Assembly (NCBI GenBank): GCA_963765895.1
Contig: CAVXZB010000006.1
Location: forward strand, 33,166 to 97,165
Direction: 5' to 3'
Length of the DNA stretch: 64,000 bases
Source: an uncultured Nitrososphaeraceae archaeon
GTDB taxonomy: Archaea > Thermoproteota > Nitrososphaeria > Nitrososphaerales > Nitrososphaeraceae
Shown here: positions 1 to 12,775 of the stretch, one piece after another
Position numbering within the stretch: the stretch's first letter is position 1
Layout: the number at the start of each line of letters is the position of its first letter
Notes under the pieces: generated by a model
What the model saw: the letters and a program-made list of their open reading frames with translations, nothing else
Databases searched by the model: none
What the model was told of the DNA's origin: nothing
Made by a program: the position numbers and the translations under genes

Positions 1-708
1 GCTTTAAGTCAACCATATGCCTCTGATTCAAATAACAAAGGCTTATTGGTTAAGAGTAAAGAACACATAATGGAGCAGTTTCGTATTGCACATGAAGATG
101 GATGGCAGGTAGCAATGCATGTTATTGGCGATCAGGCTATCGAGGTCGCTTTAGAGGCCATAGAAAAGGTTATGGGAAAAAAGGCAGAACAATATAGACC
201 CAGATTAGAACATTGTGGTGTTTTAAGAGATGATTTAATTCAGAGGATCAAGAGTTTAGGCGCAGTAGTTGTTACTCAACCGCATTTTATATGGGAACTA
301 GGTGACGGATTTCGTGATGCATTAGGAGAGGAGCGTTTGAAGTTAACTTACCCATTCGCAAGTTTACGAGATTTAAATATCATTGCATTTAGCTCAGACA
401 GACCTGTAGTTGAGGGCGCTCCCCTTATAGGAATTCAAGCAGCTGTCCGTAGGCAGACCCAAAGCGGGGCTTTATTAGTTCCAGAGGAGAAAATAACAAT
501 AGGAGAGGCTATAAGGTGGTATACCCTAGGGGCTGCCTCTGCAGCATTTGAGGAACAGATAAAGGGGACGTTGGAGCCAGGTAAGCTAGCAGACTTTATA
601 GTACTATCAGAAAATCCTTTTGAGGTGAAACCAGAACGAATTAGTGAGATAAAAATATGTTTAACTATAATTGGAGGTAAAATTTTCTACGAGTCACAGC
701 CAAAATAG
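1..708 (+). CDS. Amidohydrolase 3 family (YtcJ-like), 5'-truncated by window edge
   Basis: Open from base 1; motifs HVIGD, RLEH, QPHF, FSSDRP, GTLEPGKLADFIVLS. Confidence 0.85.
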   Translation, partial: ALSQPYASDSNNKGLLVKSKEHIMEQFRIAHEDGWQVAMHVIGDQAIEVALEAIEKVMGKKAEQYRPRLEHCGVLRDDLIQRIKSLGAVVVTQPHFIWELGDGFRDALGEERLKLTYPFASLRDLNIIAFSSDRPVVEGAPLIGIQAAVRRQTQSGALLVPEEKITIGEAIRWYTLGAASAAFEEQIKGTLEPGKLADFIVLSENPFEVKPERISEIKICLTIIGGKIFYESQPK

Positions 709-1331
709 CTCTAGAGTGTAGCTCTTGCAGCCTAGTAGATGATATAATAAAGACATACAATTGATGTGTAGTAATGATATTAATTATACAAGAACTTGTT
801 CTATTTTGTCTATGGACGATAATGATGACTTCTAGTAACGGTTGTTGCAGAAACTACTCTGCCTAACATAATTTCGTGTAACTGCAAAAGCATTTAAACA
901 GCAGATCGCTTGATTGATTTGACGATTTTACTTTTACGTCTCTGAAGGTTTTCTTTTGGTCGTAGTATAAGTCCATTATAAGATCTTCTGTTTCCTGTCT
1001 GTTTAGCGGCTTCATATAATGTCAAGCCAGCGTAGCTTTGTCTTAATAATACAGGACTCACTATTATCATTTTCAGACCTCATATCGTGGTGTTGGCACA
1101 TCTTCTTTTCAGCTATTATGGAATTTTTTCTATTTTCTCGACGTCCTATCCTGAGCTACCAAGACAATCAAATTAACCATTAACCTGATTCTTTATGTGA
1201 GAATGAAAGTCCTTCCGCATGTTATGAGAAACATCAATGAATTTAACATACCTGCCGGAAATTCCAATGGCTATGAAGTATTATATTTTGGTGTAAATCT
1301 GATGATTTGTTGTAATTATTGTGAATGGCTA

Positions 1332-2109
1332 CTACCGTATTGTCTCTCCACCATCAACTACGATTGTCTGTCCACTTACAAATGATGCGTAGTCACTAGC
1401 AAGGACCAATGCTATGGTAGCAATCTCCTCAGGCTTGCCTGCTCTTCCTAGTGGAATTGATCTGACAATATCCACCCTTTGTTGAGTTGTAAGTCTATCC
1501 CAATTTCGCTGCGTAGCAATAGTCCCAGGTGCAATAGCATTACATCGTATTCCATATTTGCCAAATTCAGACTGCTATATGCTTCGTGATCCCAAGGTTA
1601 GCAGCCTTTGCCACGGTATATGGTGCACCCTTAACATACCCACTTATTGCAGGGGTAGAAGAAATATTAATTATTACTCCACGACGTTTTTCGACCATGA
1701 TAGGCAGCACTGCACGGCAGCATCTATAAGTTCCAATGGTATCAACATCAACAACATTTTCCAAGTCTTGGTCCTGTATTTGTTCAAAGCTTGCGTCCCA
1801 TAATTGATCTTTAATTGGGTAGCCGGCATTATTTACCAGTATATCAATCTGGCCATATTTTTTATGCACTTTCGTAACCATCTCATTTACTTTATCTGCT
1901 AGCGATACATCAAGCTTCAAACCAAGGGTATTAGTTTGATATTCTCTAGCAATCTGCTCAGCTATACTTTGTGCCTCATTTTCATCTCTTCCTGTTACAA
2001 TTACATTTGCGCCATGTTCAGAAAAGATATTTGCCATCGCTCTTCCATTGCCCCTGGTAGAACCCGTGATAACCGCAATCCTACCATCGAGCAATCTAAT
2101 CACTGTCAT
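1332..2109 (-). pseudogene. SDR family oxidoreductase with one +1 frameshift (~1571)
   Basis: TGSTRGNG, NNAG, YTVAK; continues in another frame EFGKYGIRCNAIAPG...GQTIVVDGG to TAG at 1332. Frameshift may be a sequencing artefact. Confidence 0.85.
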
Positions 2110-2489
2110 ATAGGTATAACAAAAGATCCTAAAATAGTATATGTAATAATATCTGTAACGTAAGAGAACATGTGATAACATGGTAATCATATCTTTGACA
2201 TACACAAAAATTCGTCTTATGTGAATTATGTTTCTGATGTGCTTCCTCATTATAGTTTCTCACCACTATATGATTTATTAAATGACGACAAAGGTTCTAA
2301 ATGCGTGATCTGCAATAAATATACTTTAAAACTGATTCCAATTTACAACATAACTCTGTTACAAGAATCTGTTTAGTCAAGATAGCAAAGTAACTGTATT
2401 ACGGAGCAGTAGAAATTAACATGAACATTGCTGGTACGGAAGCAGCTTTGCAATAGTTGTGAGGATATGTCCGTATGTTGATATTATTA

Positions 2490-2837
2490 TTAGAATTTAG
2501 TCTTTTGTAATTGTGGTGACTTCCAGCGGTTAGCCCATTTTCCCAATTCATTCATAATAGTTTCTAGATCCCTTGCTTGAGGTGTCATACGATATTCTAC
2601 TTTCGGAGGTATTTCAGAAAAGTTTTTTTAGAGATAAGACCTTCGCGTTCTAGCTCTAATAGTCTATCTGATAAAACAGTACTACTTATTCCTGGTAGAC
2701 CCTTTTTAATTCGTTGAAACGGATGACTTCTTTTTTACAAAGATTCTTTAGAATTAATAATGACCATCGTTTTACTAGTACTTCCCAAGCGCTGGGAATC
2801 TCATATTCCTGAATTTGTAACCTTTAGGTTGCTTCAT
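2490..2837 (-). pseudogene. HxlR-family winged-helix regulator, frameshifted
   Basis: Manual translation: KRWSLLIL..RFNELK..LPGISSTVLSDRLLELEREGLI..EIPPKVEY. Confidence 0.75.
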
Positions 2838-2912
2838 AATACTTAGTCACTTTTTCATACCAGCTACTATTATTCTGCTATTAGAAGATAATTAATATAT
2901 AATTATATTGCG

Positions 2913-3962
2913 TTACAATGCCTTCACTTCGTTTTCTCTCGCTTCACGAAGTGCAGGTGCTACACGAGTACCTATTAATTTAGTAGCTCGCATCAGCTTC
3001 TCATGAGGTAATGAGGCTGGATTCATCATAAAAGTGATGCGGGATATGTCACCTAGCACTTTACCGTGCCTAATTATCTTCTCAGCTACCTCGTCTGGAT
3101 TGCCTACTAGAAGTGCGCCTTGAGGACCTTTCTGCGCATCAAAACTGGCACGTGTCATCTTTGGCCATCCCCCGCTCCTTCCCAATCTCCGTCATGGTGT
3201 ATGCATAGCCTGGAAAGAAGTCATCTACAGCCTCTTGCGTACTCTCTGCGACATAGCCTAGCGAGTGTACCCCCACTTTTAATTGCTCAGCTGAATAGCC
3301 GGCCCGCTTTCCAGCCTGCCTATAGAGATCTACAAGTGGTCTGAATCTGTGTGTTTTGCCACCTATGATAGCAACGATCAATGGGAGTCCAAGCAAACCA
3401 GCACGCACGAATGATTCTGGGGTTCCACCAACACCTATCCATATTGGAAAAGGATTCTGTAATGGTCTTGGATATATTCCATGACCATTCAGAGAAGGCC
3501 GATATTTGCCAGACCAAAATACATGCTCATTGTCACGAATCTTTAGCAGCAACTCTAGCTTCTCTGCAAAAAGTGAGTCATAGTCCTCCAAATGTAATCC
3601 AAAGAGAGGAAATGCTTCGACGAAGGAGCCACGGCCAACGACCATCTCAGCCCGACCTTGAGACAAAAGATCAAATGTTGCAAGTTCTTGAAACACCCTT
3701 ACTGGGTCGGCAGACACTTAGTACCGTCACAGCACTGGTAAGACGTATGCGTTTTGTTCTTGCAGCTGCAAGCAGCTAAAATGATAGTAGGAGCTGAATC
3801 AAGAAACTCCCTACGGTGATGTTCGCCTATTCAAAAAACATCTAACCCAATTTTATCCGCATATTCAATTTGTTCAATTAATTTAGTCAAACGCTCCGAC
3901 GCGCTGACCGATAGATTGACGTCGTCAAGTGCTGATGCAAAGCTATCAATTCCTACTTGCAT
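2913..3962 (-). pseudogene. LLM-class flavin-dependent oxidoreductase (luciferase-like), several frameshifts
   Basis: MQVGIDSF..GEHHR..ADPVRVFQELATFDLLSQGRAEMVVGRGS..WIGVGGTPES across frames. Confidence 0.85.
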
Positions 3963-4008
3963 CCAATACTATTAGGTAAATAATTATTTAAGTACAGTAG
4001 TAGTTGCA

Positions 4009-4032
4009 AACTTAGTTAGTAACTTAGTTAGT
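4009..4032. repeat. 12-bp tandem duplication AACTTAGTTAGT x2 upstream of LLM gene
   Basis: Seen directly in sequence. Confidence 0.8.
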
Positions 4033-4539
4033 ATGAAATACCGTATTAGGTGGGCAGAAATTTACCTAGAAATTCTAATGTTCAAAACTCTACCGCCTGT
4101 TTCAATATAATGCAATTCATTTATCATGTAATTGTTACCTTTTCCAAATGAAACTAAGAGGGAAGCATGGGATGTGCAAACTATATTTCTGCTAACAAAT
4201 TGTAATATACAGATCTTTTAATTCAAGAAAATGATGACACATTATCAATGCTGGATTTATCGATATCATGATTCTAATATAATCCATTAATTTTTTGATT
4301 AAAATATTATCCTACGGGCTATATCATCGTAGTACCAATCGTAGTAACTACTAAAATTGCAAATTCTTTGGTATTGGAGTATTAGTATCGTTATTCATCT
4401 AATTCTCTATACGATTGCCTTGCCAGATAAGAACAGCATCTGAATTATTCAATAACGTATAGAATAATATGATAAATAAAGAGTATTATCACATAACTGA
4501 TAAATTTATTAAGGTAGTAGCTTTTATTAATGTTATAAT

Positions 4540-4824
4540 ATGGCTTCAAACGAAAACATGTATAATGAGTACTTTAGATATTTTGATAAGATGAATGAAT
4601 TGTATAACGGATATATTAAAGGCATAGAGAAAACTAATCAATTATACACTGAATCAATTAAAAATGTTGATAAAATGAATGAATTGTATAAAGAACTTAT
4701 CAAAACGAACGAAAAAATGAATGAATTGTATAGAGAGATACAAGGGATAAATCTGGAATGGCTAAATGCTTTTTGGAAACCTTGGCTGGCAAAGGACTGG
4801 ACAAAGTACGAAAACAAGACATAG
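4540..4824 (+). CDS. Small helical protein with four 14-aa (D/E)K(M/T)N(E/Q)LY repeats and C-terminal FWKPW motif
   Basis: ORF translation; AT-rich TATA-like upstream region. Confidence 0.7.
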   Translation: MASNENMYNEYFRYFDKMNELYNGYIKGIEKTNQLYTESIKNVDKMNELYKELIKTNEKMNELYREIQGINLEWLNAFWKPWLAKDWTKYENKT

Positions 4825-5329
4825 ATAATAATTAAATTCTTCTTTTTATTAATTGATCAGATTAATAGAACAAAGTGGATAGAGTAATAACTCGGTTAAC
4901 ACACTCATGAACGCATCAATTCCATTTTTCGCTTTGACATCTACTTACATTTCGAAAGCTGCTAAATATAAGAAATAGATGGTATCAAGTCAGATTTAAT
5001 CATGCTCTAAATTTTGCAGTAATTGCCTTAATGTCTTGAAACATGTTCTCTACACAAAAAATCTAGTTCAGGGATCACGTCAGGATTTGCAAATATTTAT
5101 TCCTGTAGTTAAGTGAATCTGTTGTAATTTTTTGTATAATGTTATTGTTTTAACCTAAACCTCACGACCTTGGAGCTGCAATCTGTTTACACTCCAATAC
5201 TACATGTTCGGCCTACAACGTACAAATCTGATTGAAATAAAGAAGATATTCATAGACTTCTATTTTGATTATCGTATAGTTATAACAGTAGTCTAAGATC
5301 ATCCGTTAATGCATAAGGTTCCTCTGGTC

Positions 5330-5740
5330 TTCCAATAAGTGGCAATCGTGAATTTTGAACGTGGCGAAACGCCATTTGATATTCTGTTTAATAGCAACAG
5401 CGCAGGAAGAATTTCACTCGATCAATGTCTGGTTGCCCAGCCATCACTGTTCTACCAACTATAACTACGTAGCAATATCTGGAGTCAGAAATCGTATACT
5501 TCTAATCTTACTACAAGACGGCTACCTTTGATAAACTATCAAAAAGCATCTGACGAAAAGAAGCTATATCATGATGTACTTTGAGGTAGATGCCATCAAA
5601 TCCGATATAATTACTATCATGCGTTAGTTACCGAAATTACAGGCCCAGGATCGGTCTATTTCCAACCAAAAATATTGAAGATTTTGTGGACTATCTTGGA
5701 ATAGAAGAACCATCTGATGACTCCGACGATACGTAGCGGT
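5330..5740 (+). pseudogene. Possible AIM24/DUF124 family remnant
   Basis: Fragment ALVTEITGPGSVYFQ resembles the AIM24 C-terminal GPG.V..Q motif; heavily degraded, boundaries approximate. Confidence 0.35.
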
Positions 5741-6334
5741 ATGACAGCAACATATAGTCCCACTTATGACATCAAATAGTCACAGTCACAGCAACCACCA
5801 CCACTACTACAAATGAGTCAAGAGTAGCCAATAGTTATCATACCTGCTATTACAGGAAATATTCTCGCTATAGTTTCTTTCTTGATAGGAACATCATTAT
5901 TTATTTTTAGGATTAAGAATCCAAAGCGCAGCAAGAACAAATACTACAGGAGTGACACCATCTCAGCAGCCATCCTCAACATTAGCAACATTACCGTCAT
6001 TAACAATGCACAAATATTTTGAGTTACTGATTTTAGCCCTGGTTTATCCTTCAGTAGGGATAAATGCATATGGCTTACTTCTAGTTGAGAGCAATTTGTA
6101 TCTGCCAGACCATTATTTACTACCTTTTTGCTCTCTTCATACCCTCAGGAACGATATTATTTTTTGTCGAAAGTTACGTATTGCAAAATAGAATAGAATG
6201 TAAAACATAGATATTTATTAGTATATACATAAAACGGTGATCTTTTAGCTTGTCATTGTCCCCCAATGACTGAACTTGTGAAGACCAGATATTCCCTTAT
6301 AACTACTAAATAGTATTATGAGTTTTCATACTCA

Positions 6335-6616
6335 ATGACTACAGATAAGACATTTGAAGAAGGAGCGGCTGGAACAAAAACACAGAGAAAAGGTGATCCT
6401 ACTAAAGAATATGAAGCAAATGAACCGATGTCGCCAGCCAAGATAAGTGAACATGAACCTACTGCAGTGAAAAGAGAGAACACCTCAAGTTCTGGTTCCA
6501 CTTCAGAACAAGAAGCTAAAGAAAAACTAAGAAAAAGTGGTATGACTGAGGGAACTGCTGATTCTACAGAAACAGGTAATGAATATGAACAGGGAGCGGC
6601 TGGAACAAACAAATAG
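6335..6616 (+). CDS. Small hydrophilin/LEA-like protein
   Basis: Very rich in E/K/T/S/G; repeated FEEGAAGTK / YEQGAAGTNK at both ends. Confidence 0.7.
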   Translation: MTTDKTFEEGAAGTKTQRKGDPTKEYEANEPMSPAKISEHEPTAVKRENTSSSGSTSEQEAKEKLRKSGMTEGTADSTETGNEYEQGAAGTNK

Positions 6617-6815
6617 TCGATTTAGAGTTCCAGGAAGCAAAAAAATACAGATATAGAATTTTATCTATATTCGATATTTCTTGTGAATATCATTTATCAC
6701 TATTATATCAGAAAATTCTATGTCAGATAGTCTAATTATTTTTTACATGATAGATAAGAATGATAGAAATTAAATATAGTGTTTTGATTTTCACAAAACA
6801 ATGAATCATTTATCA

Positions 6816-7000
6816 TTAGGTGCATAACCAAACAAAATCTTTTGCAGTTGAAGAACAAGAATCATTTGGACTTGCCAAAGGTGCACCAGCATTAGGTGTA
6901 CCAAACATTATTAAATTTGCAACGTCGCTAATACTTTTATTAGCTAAAAATACTCTTTCATCCAAACCTCCTTTAGATAGATTTTGTTCAGATATACTGA
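6816..7000 (-). pseudogene. Alpha/beta-hydrolase (lipase/esterase-like) fragment
   Basis: SKGGLD and LIMFGTPNAGAPLA motifs; no N-terminus. Confidence 0.5.
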
Positions 7001-7145
7001 AGAGGTAAACAATATTATACCTAGCCGACAACAAAATGACTTACAATCCTAGCCACATCTTCTAGTCTACTATATTTTTAATCATTACGATCATGCAATG
7101 TAAAATAAGGTATTACATTCTATATTATAATGGTCTAATTCTAAA

Positions 7146-7505
7146 TTAAGTTAATTCATCTATTGGAAATCTAAGAGTAGATTTTATCAGTCTTGCAATG
7201 GGAATGTAAATCGATTGAGGATTAATTCCAACGTTATCTGCAAAACTAAAATCACCAGTCATTTTATTTAATTCTACGAATTTCTTGTTTGGGATTTCAT
7301 TGAGAATATGATAATGAGCAATAACTCCACCTACAATTCCCGTATGTATGAAGAGTATCGCTTTATCGTGATAAGTAATATAGTAAAGTAATGGTGTAAT
7401 AGACATAAAGGATTGTGATGTATAAAGAATAACCTTTAGCATATCCTTTAGATTCTCATATTCTAAATAAGTAGTGAACCATTCAGCTTGTGACACTATA
7501 TCCAC
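7146..7505 (-). CDS. Hypothetical protein
   Basis: 119-aa ORF with protein-like composition. Confidence 0.6.
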   Translation of the reverse strand: MDIVSQAEWFTTYLEYENLKDMLKVILYTSQSFMSITPLLYYITYHDKAILFIHTGIVGGVIAHYHILNEIPNKKFVELNKMTGDFSFADNVGINPQSIYIPIARLIKSTLRFPIDELT

Positions 7506-8261
7506 TCATTTAATTAGATTATTATATTTTCGCTACCTATGACTAATCCTGGAGGATAGATCGAACGATCAAGCAGATTCTTTCAGTCACTGACAGATGG
7601 AATAGAAAATGTATTTAATCAATTGATTCTGCAATAACTTTATACCTAATTTAGTCTTAATCCAAGATAACAATCGCGTTCCGCAACTATATCACAATTT
7701 GGCAAGACTAATATAAAGTATTGTAAAATATATAATATTCTATAGACGAAATTGCCAGGAAGGTTAAGATAACATTCATCTTTCAAAAAGGTCAAATGTA
7801 CCGCAGAATCTTATAGAGAGAGTTGAAAGGCATTTACAAATGAAATAATGACTAAAAATTATCTTCAGATCTTCGATAAAGTAATAGAAGATGAGCCTGT
7901 CTTCCGATGGTAGTAAAGATGAGGAGGATTGAATTAACAATAAAGTATTATTTTAATAGTCTTAAATGACAGTAGATTATTCATCGCTAGAAATATTCCA
8001 AAAGAGAACAAACACCATTATAGCAAATTGATTAATTATTTGAAAAACAATATCAAGATCATCCAAGAATAAACATGATATAAATTTGTTAATATATATA
8101 AAATAGAATTACTTGAACCAGTAAATTATGTGTTCAACTCAACAAAGAGTTCCAATACAATGCCTGAAATAAGATCCTTAGGCTTTGATATTGAACATTT
8201 TAAGAAAAATTTGATACAGTTATCTACGGAATATATGATGGTAGCATGAAGGAGGATGTAT

Positions 8262-8322
<61 letters not shown>

Positions 8323-9005
8323 AATTCATGAAACACAGTCTACTATTGGTTGAGAATATCACAGTTACTCAGTTATATCATATTATGTTTATACAATGCT
8401 GCGCAAAATTATTTAGATTACAGATAATAGTATAGATGGGAAATTTTATCAACATGAAATCATAAGGGTAAAACATCTAACATATTGCTCTAGCGAACCG
8501 GTTGTTCAGCTGAGGCAATCGATACCTCGTAGCATGGAGGACAAACAATTGACGTCATTAGCCTGTCCAACACAAGCAATCAGATTATGAAATATACTGA
8601 ACCCTATCGAAGACATCAAGAAAAAATGAGTTAAATTCTATAGTAGTTTCTATCTTAGGCGCATGTTGGTATAGTGAAACCATAATGAAGCCCTATTAGG
8701 GAAAGCTAGTGATTGATGCTGGCCTGGCCACTCGACAACTATAAAGTTAATAAACAGACATTAGCATTGCAGAATCAGCGTTTATTTTGCTAATCATGGC
8801 TAGTCACCACTGTCATTTAATCTTGTATTTTTCCGACAAAGTCGGACCTGCAATAGAGTTTGTAATAACTCGGACTTATTGACACTACATCTTGCAAGAT
8901 ATCCGACAAGTCGATAAAAGCTTGCTTGTATAGGCAGCTAATTCAATGGTATCAAATGGAGTAACAAGTCTAGAAATAAAACGAAAAGTAATCTATTGTA
9001 AAAAA

Positions 9006-9210
9006 ATGCCAAAAGGATTTTAGTAGTTGACGATGAGTCGGACATCAAATACGACTTTATATGAGATACTTTAACAAAATGGTTCATTATTGATTCATAT
9101 GAGAATTCTCGCCTTGCATTAGAGGACTTCACTATTTCTATGATCTGTTAATTTTGACATTAAATGACCAGAGATGAGTGATTTTCATTTATAGGGAGAG
9201 GCAGAAAACT
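9006..9210 (+). pseudogene. Decayed stand-alone response regulator (REC)
   Basis: MPKRILVVDDESDI then frameshifted fragments similar to 15635..16042. Confidence 0.7.
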
Positions 9211-9353
9211 CCGTAGAGTCCAAGATCTAATTCATTTTGTATATAGATTCAGACATACCTTCTAAGGCAAACTCACTTTCGGTATGCAGAATGAAACTGA
9301 ATCACCATACTTTAATACGTTATTTTGTTTTAAGATTAGTAGTAATAGCAATA

Positions 9354-10293
9354 ATGAAATCTGTTCAAATTAGTAAGTATGGAAGCAGCGAAGTTATCGA
9401 AATCACTCAGAATGCCACTATACCAAACATGCCTGCAGCTGGAAAAATTCTAGTCAATATAAAAGCCGCTGGCGTAAATCCTGTAGACTGGAAAATTCGT
9501 GAAGGTTACTTCCAACAGATGATGCGACTCCAATTCCCCTTTACATTGGGTATGGATTTTTTCAGGTATCGTCAAAGAAATTGGGGAAGGTGTGTTAGAT
9601 TTCAAACAAGGAGATGAAGTATATGGACAAGCTGGAGTAGCTACTGGTGGGTCAGGAGCATTTGCAGAGATGGCAATGGCAAATGCGGAAAATATCACCC
9701 ATAAACCAAAGAGGCTAAGCCATGTCGAAGCTGCTGGCTTACCGCTTGTAGGAGTTAGCGCCTGGCGAGCACTTATTGAAAACATTGGATTATCAAATGG
9801 TCAGCGGATTCTAATTCATGGTGGAGCTGGAGGTAGAGGATCAATTGCTATACAGCTTGCCAAGAACTTGGGAGCATTCGTTGCGACAACAGCAAGTGCA
9901 AATGACAAGATGTTTGTTCAAGAACTGGGAGCCGATCAAGTCATAGACTACAAGAGCCAGAACTTTGAAGATCTGCTGCATGACTATGATTCAGTCTTTG
10001 ATACTGTAGGTGGTGAAACATACAAAAGATCTTTCAAAGTCTTAAAGAAAGGTGGCATAATAATTTCTATGCTAGAGCAGCCAAACTTAGAGCTGATGAG
10101 TCAATACGACATCAGGGCAATATTTCTGTTCACACAAGCAGATAGAGAACGGTTGACTAAATTGGCAGAATGGGTGGATCAAAATAATATAAGAGTAAAT
10201 GTAGACAGGACATTTTTACTAGATGAGGCTAGTAAGGCACTAGACTACCAAAAGGATGTCCATCCAAGAGGTAAAGTGGTCCTGACCGTGTGA
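9354..10293 (+). pseudogene. NADPH:quinone oxidoreductase / MDR family, frameshift in T-run ~9560
   Basis: AAGVNPVDWK, LGMDF, LIHGGAGG, GKVVL. Confidence 0.85.
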
Positions 10294-10429
10294 TAACAGA
10301 AAGTAATATTGGCCATTAAACTTTTGAACACTTATTAGTAATACTTAGTCATATATAGTTTTGTGGGAAATTACTCATGAAATTGTTTTTTAGCATGACC
10401 TATAGTCACGTCAGAGTTAGCGAAGTGAA

Positions 10430-10831
10430 GTGAAAGACATACGTTTGAAGTCAGCAACGGCCCTACGTAATAGAATCCTAATTGTAGATGATGAGCTCGA
10501 TGTTGCTCTTACTTTAAAATTGGGATTGGAAGTCAACGGATTTGTAGTCGAGACGTATAACGATCCATTAAAAGCACTATCAGACTTTAGGGCAAATTCG
10601 TACGACTTGTTACTGCTTGATATAAAGATGCCAGAGATGAACGGCTTTGAATTGTACAGTAGATTGCAACAAATAGATCATAATGTCAAGATCTGCTTCA
10701 TTACTGCATTCGAATTATATTTTGATGAATTTCAGAATATGTTTCCTAAGCTAAAAGTAGAATGCTTTGTACACAAACCAGTATCAATAGATACTCTAGC
10801 CAAGGTAATAAAAGGCGAGCTTACCGAATAG
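10430..10831 (+). CDS. Stand-alone response regulator receiver (REC)
   Basis: ILIVDDE, LLLDIKMPEMNG, CFITA, KP. Confidence 0.9.
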   Translation: MKDIRLKSATALRNRILIVDDELDVALTLKLGLEVNGFVVETYNDPLKALSDFRANSYDLLLLDIKMPEMNGFELYSRLQQIDHNVKICFITAFELYFDEFQNMFPKLKVECFVHKPVSIDTLAKVIKGELTE

Positions 10832-11263
10832 TCCCAATGATAAGAACACTAATATACAAACATTAAAACTTGACTTGTTTGCTACTGTCTTCTAGGCAAT
10901 CGTCAATCGTCGAAAAGTGAAGGCCGCATAGTAAATTCTTCATGTTGATCAGTTGCTTGACAAGTAGCTCAACAGAGTAAACTTAGACCAGGTCCATTGC
11001 TGGCGGGACTGAGTCTGACGGCATTTTCTACTTATTATAGAGAGGTATTGTTATTAGTATGCAGATCATGAATATGGTTGAACCCTCGAGGTTCAGTACA
11101 CGAACAATTATGATTTATTTTGTTATGACTAGACCACTGAGATTTCTGAATATAAAAAAAGGATCTAGATCTTCAACAGGATCATCAAAAGTGTTGTAGG
11201 ATAAGCTCGTGTTATACAAATATTAAAATGCTGAAATTCAATACCATACGGGTGACATAGTAA

Positions 11264-11827
11264 ATGAATATGAGTATTAATAATAATGATCGGTTTCACT
11301 TTAGTTATCTTAATATCAAAGATTTCATTCAATTTGCTCAAGGCAATGTTGGGACGATTTGGCTAGGAAAGCTTTTTCAATCTGCGGATATATTACTCAC
11401 AATATTCAATGCTAGCAATACAAACACAAGAAAAGGAATCGTCGATGACGTATTAGTGTGGAAGCAATTCTGATATTCCTGTTTTGCCCCTAACTACAAC
11501 ATTGCTGCTTGGCCCAGTGGACTTTACAAATTAAAAGAGTTCTCACTGTTGTTATCCACTACGAGCGATCCAAAATTCAATCATCTTGATACTGAGGACA
11601 GCATCAAGGTAGTGACTGCATACCATCCCTCGATTGGTAAACGAATCATTGTGGATGGTTTTCATAGAGCAGTTGCACTTGAAATTGCAATCAGGGATTC
11701 CAAGAGAAATAATATTCCGAAGGTCACGGTATGGGAATGTTATGGAAGATTGGTTCATACGATATTCCCCTTTGAATTTAGTCATCTTTTAACGTCGTAT
11801 ATCGAATCGAAAGAATCTGGTAACTAG
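11264..11827 (+). pseudogene. ParB/sulfiredoxin-like domain protein with one in-frame TGA (11471)
   Basis: Two ORFs in the same frame joined across one TGA; IIVDGFHRAVAL motif. Confidence 0.55.
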
Positions 11828-11909
11828 AATCGGGACAAAGATATTAATTAACAAGTATAAAAGCTTCACAATCTTTACCAAAATAGTGTAGTATACGTCA
11901 ACATACTTG

Positions 11910-12320
11910 CACTACCACATTGGCTGCTCTGGAGGGGGTTACTCAGACTAGCAAAGACCATTTTGTCCTCCTAATCTAGGGAATTCCAGATGGTTAAGTT
12001 ACTATTCCCAAGTGTTTGATTTTGTTGAGATAGATTCTTCTTTTTACAGGACGCCTAATGCATTTATGGTAAAGAACTGGTGCAAAAAGACTCCAGCACA
12101 TTTTAGATTTACCGCTAAATTTCCAAAAGTTATAACTCATGATAAACGACTGAAGGATGTAGGAAAAGAGCTAGAATTATTCTTTTCTTCCATGATTTAC
12201 CTTGAAGACAAGGTTTTAGCATTATTGATACAGTTACCACCTTCGATGGGTATAGTTGAAGGTTATTTTGTATCATTGATAAAACTAAATGATATTTGTC
12301 AAGGCCCCATTTTGAAATAA
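11910..12320 (+). pseudogene. DUF72 family protein, truncated/decayed
   Basis: FVEIDSSFY..W...TP..FRFTAKFPKVITH..LLIQLPPS. Confidence 0.8.
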
Positions 12321-12399
12321 TAAGTATAATCTAGTAAATGCTCCTGCTACTTCAGAAAGTGATGCTGCAAATAGCGAATAAAATCCAATAACCCTATTA

Positions 12400-12775
12400 C
12401 TTTACAGCAGAGATATCTGGTGCATTGCTTAGAAGTCTTTTTGTAAAATTTATGATAGGAAATCAAGCGAACTTGGCAAATGCTCCGAATAATGCATATC
12501 CAATCCAAACAATAATTGGAGTTGAAATTATTGGTTCTGCACTGCTAATGTCTGTAATCTATGTAGTTGTCTACACTAAAGGACTAAAGCGATTTGGCGG
12601 TATTGTTACAGGTGGTATGGTTGGACTTGATATGTTCTTAGCATTTATATCATGTGCTTCAATGAATCCTGCTCGCTCTTTGGCTCGTACGCTTGTTTCT
12701 GAATTCTACTGCGACAGCTCCCTCATCGATAACACCCTCTGCGGTGCCACAATAATAAATGTGAGCCTAATTTAA
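12400..12775 (+). pseudogene. Aquaporin/MIP channel C-terminal fragment
   Basis: EIIGSALL..SMNPARSLA (second NPA); N-terminal half missing. Confidence 0.75.

Noticed and set aside
838-1015. GGTTGTTGCAGAAAC resembling an IS end, plus an HTH-like fragment (MKPLNRQETEDLIMDLYY)
   Set aside because: No partner TIR or TSD; too short to call
11471-11473. In-frame TGA as selenocysteine or programmed read-through
   Set aside because: No supporting structure seen; many ordinary nonsense mutations of all three types occur nearby
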